From NCBI GenBank assembly GCA_011109175.1, contig RDEW01000032.1:1-64000 (forward strand): 64,000 nucleotides of DNA, written 5' to 3'. The position numbers were made by a program, and so were the translations under genes. This document shows positions 1 through 10,791 of the stretch, in pieces. The stretch comes from Dicyema japonicum (taxonomy: Eukaryota; Animalia; Dicyemida). Numbering within the stretch: position 1 is the first letter of the stretch; every line of letters begins with the position of its first letter. Under the pieces are notes generated by a model. That model worked only from the letters and a program-made list of their open reading frames with translations. It was not told the DNA's origin and made no database searches.

Positions 1-1830
1 TGACTTGCCTCTTAAATTCCAGTTCTCTCGATACCATCGAATCCATGTGGTGGATACAATCCGTGCAGTATTTCCCGAGTCTGAAACCACATTGTTCCAC
101 GATAAGAAAACAGTTCCCTTCCTTGTGTTCGTTTAGTCTCTTGAAGATAATTCTCTTAGCAATCTTGGAGATAAAGCAGATTAGACTGATTGGCTTATAG
201 TTAAGGGGGTCTCTCCCCGACTTTCTTGGATTAAGTATCATCTTGACAATAGAGGTTTTCCAGCGTCTTGGGATATATCCATGGTCAATGCTTGCGTTGA
301 ACAAGTTCTTTAGCACGAGCAGCAGATCCTCTGGGCCTTCCTGAAACAATCTCATGCTAATATGGTCATGTCCAGGAGCGTTAGCTTTGCATGCTCTAAT
401 GTCAATCACGACGTTTTTTGTCGTTATCTTTATTTCAGTATCTTTGAGATCTTCTGGGGAATAGGTAAGAAATTCTTGTGAAGCTCCCAGCTCTTCCATC
501 GGGATCAGTTCCATTGAGTTAATTCCCTGGATGCGGTCTAGTTGCTTCTTAAAAATATCTGGGGCTTCTTCCGTAGAATATGATCCACCTTCTGGCTTGT
601 TCAAAGAGATTTTCATATCATTCCTCTTCTGGCCAGTTATTCTTTTGTAGATCTTCCAGAACGAAGGGTCTTTGTGTTTAGTTTGCTTGCCTCGCCCCTC
701 CAACATTGTTCTAGAGTCAGTCTTGTTCCTTCTTCAATGGCTTTTTTGATTATCTTTAGTTGACTGGTCAATGTAATCCAGTCGACACATCTTCTGAGTT
801 TGTTCTTCAGTCGGTTTCTTTCTTTAATCATAGATAGCGTAGAAGAGGAGAAATTGATGCTCTTCTCATAATTAGTACCGGAGAGTCTTTTCCTGGCGTA
901 AAGTGATAAGTATCTCTCCATCACAATTGAAAGGTTTCTGTCTCTGCTGTCAATATCACTTCGGAAATAAAGTCCTTCTTTCTAGATTTTGAGTTTTCTA
1001 GATATGTATCTTTTATAGTGTTCCCCAATTTAGCCTTTATAGGTCATAGCCTGTGAGCACTGACTCAGTGTGTCCGGAGCCAAGTTCAGTGTCATTTCTT
1101 GAGAGATGTGGTCGCTGCCGATGTCCCACATAATCATCGGTCTCCTCACATAAGTGTAGAGAAGTGGTGACACCAGGAACACGCCAAGCATATCTCCACC
1201 GTGATGCGAGAAGTGATTCGGCTCCTCTGACGTCATGATCTCTAAACAAGTTTTATCACTCAATTTTCCTAGTCTGACTCCATCCTCCTTAGTTCCGAGG
1301 CATCCATATTTAACATTATTGGCGTTTAGATCTCCTACCAGGACAGACATATCGTTTCCTGCAAAAAATTCTTCAATTTCTGGATCACCTTCTGAGGTCC
1401 TTTGAGTACATTCCTCCAACGTGTATCAAAAACATACGACAGCGTACCTCAACGGAAACAAATTCACAATGTGTATTCATAATAACTTTTTTGGCTTCAC
1501 GTATATGTAGATCATTACTGTAGAATAATGTAGTTCCAGTGCCAGCCTCTGCACCTTCTACCCATGGTATTCTATAGAATTATATCCCTGTAGCATTGTT
1601 GTGTTGGTCTTTTCACCATGGTCTCGTTGACCACCAGGATGTAATCTTGGTGGAAGACAGGAGTAGTGGCAGTCATGACGCCTCTTCCTCAGGATCGGGC
1701 ATTTACCATCACTATCTTCAGGTTTTTTTTAATTTTCTTTTAGGTGGCCCGGGCTCTCTATTGCCAGGTCCACCATTCTTCGTAAATCCACCTGAGTATA
1801 CCGCTTAGTTCTTTTAGTCTTGATATTATT
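1..1830 (-). mobile_element. Degenerate APE-type non-LTR retrotransposon (Jockey/CR1-like), APE to RT, running off the window start
   Basis: Minus-strand fragments LKIVMVNARS, ILVVNET, VLVGDLNANN and WDIGSDH are APE motifs. RT-proximal KAPGHDHIS and SVVKMILNPRK..RDPLNYKPISL follow. Bases 1-700 are clearly homologous to 19670-20370. Confidence 0.9.
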
Positions 1831-2330
1831 CCTCCAGTTCTTTCGCAATTCTCCCTGGTATCTTTTCTTTGGGTACCCAGGCTGATTCTCGTGGATGAGG
1901 AGCTAGTTCATTCTTGTTAGTCCTTGAGCCAATTATTCTTTTTTGAGCTGTTGGTTCCACTTTGTTGGTTATAACATTCATCTGTTTCGGTTCCGTATTG
2001 TTGAGTCGGGGACTTAACTTTCGCCTGGCCTCCAGTGGCACAAGGCATACTCGATACCTTGCACCATATCTTGTTGATCCGCAGTTAACGCATTTAGGTT
2101 AAGACCCGGTCCATTGAGTAAGTGACGGACTTCCAGCACCTTGTTTTGTATTCCGTTAATTTTTATCTGGACCAGGTTGATTTCAGGGCCTGGGTTGGAT
2201 TCGACGTCTCCACACAAAATTAGAGCGTACCCGGAAAACCATCCTCCTTCATGGATAGGGAAAGTGCAGTTTTTTAACATTATGTGATGCATAACACCAC
2301 CATACAGGTAACCCACGCGGCATTTTTTTA
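1830..2330 (-). mobile_element. 5' fragment of an APE-type LINE with a 2A-like peptide before the endonuclease start
   Basis: ORF 2014-2316 reads ALILCGDVESNPGP-EINLVQIKINGIQNKVLEVRHLL. The second part matches the APE N-terminal xNINGIxNK motif. Confidence 0.8.
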
Positions 2331-2385
2331 TTATCCTTATTAAGGTCCAGTTATGCTACAAATTTCAAAATTTTCTTCATTAAAT

Positions 2386-2790
2386 ATCTAGATTAATCCC
2401 TGTTGTTTGAATCTTTTCGTAGGTCTTCTAAGTCATCCACATATCTAAGTTTTCTTACAATCCCATTAAGATCTTATTTAGAGCCGCAGGGAGAGTGATT
2501 CTAGACCTTTTATGAGCGGCGGTCTGTTTTATTGTCGAACTAATCGTTCATTATTGTATTTTATGGGCGTTTATGTCCATTCTAACACATGTCTCAAACA
2601 GCATATATCTTGATTCTATGATATAACGCTTAATGGCACAGATTATGTAACTAGAATTTATTGTATTTATTTCTTATTTGAAATCTTCGTTGGGCACGTA
2701 AATTGCACAATTGTTCCTGATGAAATATATCCTTGTTCTCAAGTTTTAGCTTTGTGACCTTTATGTTCACGAGTTGTACATAAGCAAAGA
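2386..2790 (-). mobile_element. RTE-clade LINE 3' fragment (duplicated at 20427-20770)
   Basis: Reverse complement encodes TLPAALNKDLNG...DDLEDLR and aligns by eye with the RTE copy at 45280-45620. Confidence 0.75.
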
Positions 2791-2924
2791 CTTTTAAATG
2801 CATGTCCTTATTCTTAGTTTATTTTATAGTTATCATCTTACGTAAGCAGTAGTATCTTCTATACATCATCACTATCACCAAGTAAGAATCCTAATTTCCT
2901 ATTTTCTTCAACTTAATAAATGAT

Positions 2925-3070
2925 GGCACAGTTTAATGCAGTGTAACCAAAAACCAGGATGAATCTCGCTGCTGTCTATTCGGTTGAATGTTCTAGGCAT
3001 CTACGATGCTTATGAGTGACGTTGTCATCAGTGTCTATCACTACGGAACCAAATTGTCTTCTGGGACACA
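2925..3070 (+). mobile_element. Decayed SINE family 1 copy (duplicated at about 20930-21075)
   Basis: Shares tctcgctgctgt...gcatctacgatgc...gagtgacg..tcatcagtg..cactacggaac with the SINE copies at 10592-10693 and 14457-14779. Confidence 0.7.
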
Positions 3071-3609
3071 CATACAAGAAAAATGAATAAAACGATAAGT
3101 TAACTTGGTTGTGCTAATTCATGACATTCATGTAGTGATTTGTTGTCAACTCGTAGAGTTGGCAAAAGGACAGAGGACATCATATTTCAGTAGAGAGGGG
3201 CCCATATCGTAGACAAGCCAGGTTATCCGGATGTACTCGGAAGAGACGATTCTGATTGGTTTATTGGAAGAGGATGTAATATTTTATAATCATCAAGTCT
3301 TCGGGTGGTTCTCGGTAGAAACAAAATTTTGTATCTGTTTAAGAAAACTCGCGTCATTAAGGCTTGAAAGAATGGGATGATACCATTCTATACAGGTGAT
3401 TGGTTGTCATAATAATTTTTCTTTTGTTTTGAGGTATGCATAGAGATTGACAGGGGTGGTCTGCGCTATAGGCTTGGAAGAAGAACTGCAGAGCTCACAT
3501 TTCCAACTGGTCTCCAATTGGAAGAACTCCATTCCTTGAAAGCATGGATATTATTATTATAAATTTTTTTTATAAATCAATAAATATTCAAAAATAAAAA
3601 GAAATTAAG

Positions 3610-4283
3610 TTAAAGAATATTAGTTAAATATCTAATGATAGCAGGATTTCTTTGGATATGAATCTTCTCTACAGAAGTCGTGCAGACTTCTCTTACTATT
3701 TTCTTCTTCAGCGCTTATTCTTTTGTGCCATCGTCAAATGGCTGGAAATCAATTTCATTTTGTTCTTCCTAACAATCTCAAATAGATAAAACTTTTGGCT
3801 CGATTTTGAATAATTCATTGAGCTGATCCGTCAATTTCTCTGGGAGTTCGTCCAACCTGTCTCCGTTTAAGATCATAAACTCAATTATGTTCATGGCTTC
3901 TGGCAAATTTGTTTCTAAGTCAAAATCAATCTGAAATTATAATTAACTGTACAGGAAACAAAATTGGCGAAAACAATAAGGACATTAGCCTCCTATTCAT
4001 ATTTGGGGCTCGAACATAAATTTCTCTCAGAAAGCAAATAATGTGAGCATCAGCCATTGAGTATATTTTGGCATCAGTCGAATTAAAATCGAATATGCCG
4101 CCAATTTTTCGTCATCTGAACATTCTAAAAGTTATTATTGTGTTCCTACTGAAAGAAATTAGACGGACTGTTTCGATGAACTCGTGGGGCATTACAAATG
4201 GATCGAGTTCACGAATAAGAAGATCAAGAGTGGCTGTATAATCGTGAATATCAAAATTTTGACGGATTTGATTGAAACTATAA
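3610..4283 (-). pseudogene. Truncated RhoGAP-domain gene copy (3' half), broken by an R4-like LINE insertion
   Basis: Near-identical to 21625-22302. Encodes DIHDYTATLDLLIRELDPFVMPHEF. Homology stops at gaaactataacc, where the LINE begins. Confidence 0.75.
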
Positions 4284-4289
4284 CCTAGA

Positions 4290-5600
4290 AGCAAATGGGA
4301 TTCTCTCCGAGAATCAGTTAAGTATTGTGCGAGATTGTCAGGGGGCAAAATAGCAGGCTTTGATCAACAAATGCCTTTCTGTGTCTCACGGAAACTCACT
4401 TTTGTCTATGTGGGTAAATGTGAAGAAGACTTATGATTCAGTTGATCATTTTTACCTTGTCGAGTGGCTACACAGTCTGTGTATGCCTGTGTGGTTCATC
4501 AGCTTTGTAGTGGCTGTGATGAATAGGTGGAGTATTCATCTGAACTATAATAGGCACCAGATAGCCGAGGTAAAACTCAACAAAAGGATTTTTCAGGGAT
4601 AGCATGTCTCCGCTGCTCTTTGTTTTCTGTTTGGAGCCATTGAGTCGCCGCCTCAATGACCGGTTTGAGCAAATACCAGTTCATTGTGAAGGGGTTTGTT
4701 TCAGTACAAATCACCTTCTTTTTATCGATGACCTGAAGATGTATGCTCGAACAGCCGAGGAGCTCTACTCCATGGGGGTCTGTGCCAGGGAATTTTTTGA
4801 GAGTATAGGACTAGATTTGATTTATGCAAAGTCTGCGACTAACACGCAAGTATGTACCGAGCTAGTAAGAGTCCTAGAGAAACACTAAGGGTATAAGTAT
4901 CTGGGTGTTACCAAATCTCCAAAGTCTCTTATAATGCCTGAGACAAAGCGACAAATTACAGAAGGCATCCGTAAAAGAGCAGCGTTATTGTGTAGACATG
5001 ATGAGATGGATGTTATGATCCGTGGAGTATTCAGAGAGAACCATGTCTATGTGCTAGCAGCTAATAAAGAGAGACTATATTTACCCCGTGATAAATTCGG
5101 TTGTGGACTGTGTGGAGTAGTCCAACTAAGTGAGCGTATCCTAATGCGAATGCACGACACCCTGATAGCCGGGTCAAGTGTGTCTGCTAGGAAGCACGCC
5201 ATAATAACGACCGAGAAAACACGAGTAAATGTGAAGGCGTTGATCGAATTACAATATAATAATTTGATGGAAAAGATCAACTTAAAAAGCCTTCATAAGG
5301 TCCTCTTCAGAGCATTGGACAACCCACATGTCGACCTTAAGTCGTCGACAATATGGCTAAATTATGGTGACAACTCACCTCGATTGGAGGCGCTGTACAC
5401 GTATATGCAAGACCGCAATATTTTTTGGGGTCGATCAACAAATACACATCCCCACTGTAAGTCAAGGACCATGTCGGTTGATCATTTAGCCACTCGATGT
5501 GGATCCATGCTCTGCCACGACTATGTGTGGAGGCATAACGAGGTAGTAAGGAGTCTTCATCTTCTACTATGCAATCAATTAACTGCAATACGACTTAACT
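4290..5600 (+). mobile_element. RLE-type (R4/Dong-like) non-LTR retrotransposon, RT plus CCHC finger, decayed
   Basis: RT motifs WVNVKKTYDSVDH, IFQG..MSPLLFVFCLEPLSRRLND, LLFIDDLK and YKYLG. Zinc finger and RHN segment HCKSRTMSVDHLATRC...DYVWRHNEVVR. Confidence 0.9.
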
Positions 5601-5754
5601 GCATGCCAACCCTGTATAAACTAATGACCAAATTGGTGGCTAGTCGTAAATAATCTGTACAGTAACTAAAACAAATAAATATAAGTTAATCATATAATAC
5701 TTAAGATTATTTATTTTTTAAATTTTACAAAAAATCCAATATTTAATTAATCAC

Positions 5755-5990
5755 ATTCATACATGTGATTGGATTTGTGAGAGACACAGAACCGGACCGA
5801 CTACTCCGGAGGCCTTCATAAAACAAAACTTCGGCATGCGGGAAAGTGGCCCTGCAATTACAGTCAGCCGCCTATTACAAGCTTGTGTGAGTACGAGGGA
5901 GGAGCACCAGGAAAGAATGATGATTTTGGCGGAACGCATTGGGATTACGTGATAGTTAGTTTTGGTTTAACCGTGGTCTTGGGTGTTAAT
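5755..5990 (+). mobile_element. LINE 3' end remnant (family with gatagttagttt..aaccgtggtcttg tail)
   Basis: Encodes HVIGFVRDTEPDRLLRRPS* and then a 3' UTR also seen at 8005-8250 (-), 23560-23780 and 45730-45940. Confidence 0.65.
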
Positions 5991-6118
5991 TTAATTTTAA
6001 ATCTTAAGTGAAATAAATAAAGATTAAATAAATACAATGTGATAATTAATTAATTTTGTAGTTTTAATACTTCATTTTAAATTAATTAATTTAAAGATTT
6101 AAATTTTACGTTCTTGTA

Positions 6119-7130
6119 ATGCCAGTTAATGATCGTGTTAAACGTCAAAATGCTGGAAATAAAATGGCCAATTTAATCAAAAATGCTACAAAGGATGAAT
6201 TTTATGATTCTCTACTTGGAGTATGGACTAATGTAATATCGAAATTGCTATAGTAGGACGAACCTGACCAGGAAGTATCTCTCAGCGAGGAAAGCGAATC
6301 TTCAATGTCTGTTGATTCTGCGTGCGAAAAAATTCTCTCAAACGATGAAGACTACAAAAACGACGAGGATGAAGCACCGACCAAACGTAGTAGAAAACGT
6401 AAGAAAAAACCCTTTACATGGTAATTCAGTTGATCTCATTATAGCTTCCTAGTTCACAGCAGAAAACTTCACAACCTTTACGAAAGCGCCAAAAAACGGA
6501 AAAAGAGTTTACTCCCCTTTCTGTCTCGCGGAGTATTCGGAACTCTACACTCACAAAACGAGACCATGCAGCAAACTTTGAGGTAAAAAAGCGAGACTCC
6601 ATCCGTCGACCTTCTGCCTCGGTTCCTCTAAGGAGACTGACACAGGAAGAACTCCTGGCAGAAGCCAAAATAACGGAAGAACGAAATCTCCGATATTTGG
6701 GTGTTTTGTTCCCTTTATTTTAGAGCGACATTACCGTCGGGAGATTGCTAAGAAAAAAAGAAGCAAATTTATTAAAAAGAGCGTTGGAAAAGTTATTTCT
6801 TGGCGATCTTTCTGCAGCCAAAAGTTTGTTTTTGACTCATTCCTCTGTAGTGGTGAAAATGAAAAGAGCGCTGTTAATTTGCTTAGCTTTACTGACGTTG
6901 ATTCATGTGAGAACTATTTTGCTAGGAATGATGAAGCCAATATTGAGCCTGAGATTTGTGCTCTGACTGGGAAGCCGGCAAAATATAAGGATCCACTAAC
7001 TGGCCTTTATTATTCTGATGTGGCTACTTTTAAGCTTATTAGAGAGGCGGCTGCTACAAAGTCTGACGATGTGAGACTATACATTGATTCGATTGATAAT
7101 TATAATCAATTTATGAATAAATTTCGTTAA
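6119..7130 (+). CDS. VPS72: Vacuolar protein sorting 72 / YL1 (H2A.Z chaperone, SWR1/TIP60 subunit), multi-exon
   Basis: Spliced reading gives MPVNDRVKRQNAGNKMANLIKNATKDEFY (YL1 N-terminus), TQEELLAEAKITEERNL, and YL1_C CALTGKPAKYKDPLTGLYYSDVATFKLIRE. GT-AG introns include 6233-6256 (24 nt) and 6421-6452 (32 nt). Confidence 0.92.
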
Positions 7131-7169
7131 TTTTTGTAATTTTTTTAAATTTTAATATTTCGAGTGTTT

Positions 7170-7960
7170 TATTTGTCACCTGATTTAACTGTCAATCAGC
7201 CACTTGTGTCATACAAGAAATTCTTGACGCTTTGACTCCATCGTTTTCTCAAATACAAAGTTTCGCAGACCAACTCCCTTTCAAACTCTATCTAAAACAT
7301 GTAAAAGGGAATATGATATCCAACCTAGAACTCTTCGTAATGCCAAATGCCTCTTCAACATTCTTCGAGTCATTTTTTACTAAAGATCACATCAACGACT
7401 GTTGGAAGCAACGCTGGATGTTTCTTCCATCTACCGCCAATTTGCCGACCAATATTGACCTATACATGTGTATTGTGGTCAATGATCATCTCTTGTTCTT
7501 ACATCCACAAGTTGACCAAAATCCAGGAAATCACCTATCGTTTAATTGATAATAATTTCGAGTGACTATTGAGCACTTCAACTTGGACAACGACAAAGAT
7601 TCTTTAGAGCTGTCTACCTACCAAATACCTCCTTTTACGAAATCTTATCAAATACCTGAAAAGTTACCCGATGTACGAGAAGACTCAGATTCCGTTATGG
7701 AGATAGTTTAAGATGTCCTTCACCACTTGTTTGACTTCCTCTTTGTCGGTCTGGGATCATAGAAAATCGACTTTATGACCTTTTCCCTTTTGAAACCGTG
7801 AAATCCCTTGTTGAATCGTGATCATGAGTGGTGACCACAAGTTCGACTCAACAAACTACACCAAAGTGACTCAATATCCTGCACGGCTGTTGAGAAGGCT
7901 GAGAGATCAGGACGAACAAAATCCACATACGTTATGTTTATCCTGTCAAAAAAAATTCTG
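7170..7960 (-). CDS. Possible unidentified multi-exon gene or genes
   Basis: GC-richer protein-like segments (DKEEVKQVVKDILNYL; IEFERELVCETLYLRKRW) can be joined by plausible 21-33 nt GT-AG introns. No family recognised and the model is unresolved. Confidence 0.3.
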
Positions 7961-8004
7961 ACCCAAGAATTCGAACGTATTTATTTTCTGATTTATTTAT
8001 TTAC

Positions 8005-8250
8005 AAACCAAGACCACGGTAAAACCAAACTAATTATCATGTGATCCCGCATTCTAACAGTGACCTCATCATGTCCGATGTTCTTCCCTCGTGCCCGCAT
8101 GAACGTACAGAACGGCTGGAGTCTAGTCTCATATTCCGTGATCTGGAGTCTTCTCATAAAGGCCTCCAGAGGCGTAGGTCCGGTTCGGTGATCTTCACAA
8201 ATCCAACGCAGTGTTACTCTGTAAGCCCTTTTTTGATTTCCTCAATTTTC
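8005..8250 (-). mobile_element. LINE 3' end remnant, same family as 5755-5990
   Basis: Reverse complement aligns with 5770-5985 (ggatttgtga..gaaccggacc..ggaggcctt; gataattagtttggttttaccgtggtcttg). Confidence 0.7.
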
Positions 8251-8559
8251 ACTTTATGAAGGTGTCGCATTATGGGAATAGGTGTGTTATATAATGTAGA
8301 TGAGACAAAAATTACCAACAAAATTAAATTAATTTTGATTAGTTATTAGAAATGTCTCTAAAATAGATTTACAGCACAAAGCATACGTAAAGCTCAGATT
8401 TTGTAAAAGATCGATCCAAATTGAAAAAAATATATGACACAGAGGCAGGGAAAATAATCAAATTAAACTAAATAAAAGAAAATAAGAATATTATAGAAAG
8501 GATTACATTGAATCAAGCAAAAACCCATCAGACATATGAGGGGGCATTAATAAGTTAGT

Positions 8560-8760
8560 TAGTTAAATGCACTTCCCGTTTTCCATGAGAATATTAATAT
8601 TATGGTTCCGCTTGTGCCGTTCTCTTCACTATCCTCTACCAGCTTTTTCCATGTAACTTTCCTCCTCGATACATGCATAAGGTCTCCTGATTAGCATTCT
8701 AAGCGAATCCTCTTAGGTTGGAAGTTGTAATTGTATATACGGTAGAGTAGTAAGACTGAG
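8560..8760 (-). mobile_element. RTE LINE 3' fragment
   Basis: Reverse complement encodes ...VTWKKLVE, like the RTE C-termini at 40087 and 45640, and ends in aagtgc plus (taac)n. Confidence 0.5.
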
Positions 8761-8934
8761 ATACGATAAAGACAGACAATATTAGAGAGGTGTCACCAAC
8801 TTACCAAAAAATAAATAATAAAAAAATTAATTTAAACGAAAAAAATCTAAAATTTAAATACAATATTGTGAAAAATTAAATTAATTAATAACTCTTATTA
8901 AGTTTATTTAATTTTAAGAAGTCGCTTGGAAAAT

Positions 8935-9375
8935 TATTGTGATAACCAGTGACCTGTCTCGGATGTTATCATCCATTCCTTCCATACCCAATGACAGGAG
9001 TCGTCTGAAACAGATATACGATTTTGTTTTTACAAGAAGCATCCGAAGACTCGGAGACAATAAAATATTACAGCGACCCCCTCCTCCAATAGACCAATCA
9101 AAATCCTCTCTTTCAAGGGACGTGCGAGTAAACCTGGCTCGTCTACGATGTCGGAACCACCCATATCTACCAGCTTATGATGTACTCTGCCCTTTTGCAA
9201 CCTTCACGTACTGACAACTAATCACCTATTTCAATGTCATGAATTGGCACAACATTTCTCCACAAAGCCGGAACTGACCGATCTATGGGAGCGACCAACA
9301 TCTGCTGCGTACTACTTAATACCTGCTGACCTCCTGCAAGTTGGTGAGGCTGGGGTTACTTAACTAACCAAGAAC
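8935..9375 (+). mobile_element. APE-type LINE 3' end (C-terminal CCHC region plus UTR); tail recurs at 55040-55140
   Basis: RDVRVNLARLRCRNHPYL..CPF...TTNHLFQC. The segment ctgaccgatctatgggagcgac...ggggttacttaa recurs at 55049-55140. Confidence 0.7.
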
Positions 9376-10591
9376 TCGCTTCGAATTTAAATTTTTCGCG
9401 CAAACATAAATGGTTTTGTTGTATTTAATTCCAGTTATTTTCGAGTAACACTAAAGTAATTGACTAGTAAGAAACTCTAACGATTTAAGGCGCATTCCTT
9501 CTACAATTTAATTGAAATTCTCTTCGGTTGTCCCTCCATTTTTGCTATCAACGATACGATGACACATAGGAAGGAGAGCGATTTGAGTTCTAGAAATGCC
9601 AAGTTGTGGGCTGCAGTGGCTTATCAGTGGGCTTAAAAACAAACTGGTTGTCATCGTGAGTTGTTTTCTAAATATGACAATTCTAACAAATACTACTGAA
9701 TTTGATAGAATTATAAAAATATCAAACAAAGCTTGATATTCTCATCGACTTTGGGGCTCTATTAAGTAATAATAACATCCAATGAGTAATAATGTTTCCA
9801 TTACTAAAAATTTGAGCTTTATTTAGAAGTAAAGCAGTCATGCTAATTAATTCAAAGATGCTATTGACTTCTCTAGTTCGTTCCTTTTTGCTTGTGTGTG
9901 AGTCCTTAGAAGATAATCCGATTCTGCAGTGATGAAACACTGATGACTGTGTCACTTATCAACCGAGAAGGTTCGTAGACTTTGGAACCTTCAAAAGAAT
10001 AGTCTGCAGCGAACCAGAAACCTTTTGGATTTTGGTCCAGAACTAAGTACACTGCGCTATTCATGGGTTTTTTCTACTAAGATTTATAAATTTAAACAAA
10101 CATAAAGATTGAAGAATTTTGAAAAAAACCCAGTTTGTCAACTTATACATTTTAGTGTTAAAGTAGACGTAAAGAGGAAAGTTCCTATCAGTAACATTTT
10201 AATATTTCTAACTCTTTTATTAAGGAAAAGCGCTCAGAAAAAGATATATGTCGCCTGTGCAAATTCGGTAGAACGAAATTATTTCTAATCAAAAAGGATC
10301 TTGTTGAATGTGGTTTTTTGGCAACAAATCTTACTCCAAAAAATTGTACCGATATTTCAATGCACCTAGATATTTTGGTATTCGACAGGAGTTGGTGCGA
10401 TCTCTGTCTCAGAATTTCACATGAAGAGTAATAAAAAATAAACTCAAACGCATAAAAAGATATCCTCTATATTGAGGACACTTTTATACTGATTGTTCCA
10501 TGTGATATTCCTTCGTAAATTACGATGGGCACGAATAAGCATTTGTACATCTTTCATATTAGGACGAACTTGAAAAAGAAGTGTCTTTTTA

Positions 10592-10693
10592 GCATCGTAG
10601 ATGCGTGGAAGCTTCCACCAGATAAACAGCAGCGAGAATTGAACCCGTAACCTAAGTCACTTTAGCCCAACACCTAACCGCTATGCCACCTGG
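10592..10693 (-). mobile_element. tRNA-derived SINE family 1, head
   Basis: Reverse complement ggtggcatagcggttagg...acgggttcaattctcg has Pol III A box and B box, followed by the non-tRNA body shared with other copies. Confidence 0.75.
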
Positions 10694-10791
10694 GGTTTGT
10701 CACTAACCAACAAAAAATGTTCTGTTGCTAATAATAAATAAATTTAATTTAAATAAATTTAATAATTTTAGTATCCAAGCTAAACAATTTA

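Noticed and set aside
1745-1775. Possible third 2A motif (..NREPGP or ..IESPG) before the APE at about 1740
   Set aside because: Several indels are needed to recover DxExNPGP; too degraded to support.
9400-9900. Candidate small multi-exon membrane-protein gene on the + strand
   Set aside because: Several tiny GT-AG candidates exist, but no splice combination I tried gave a continuous open frame or a recognisable family.
10592-10693. Possible tRNA genes (also about 14700-14779, 23270-23320, 57290-57350)
   Set aside because: A and B boxes are present, but there is no complete cloverleaf and each continues into a shared repeat body, so they are SINE heads.
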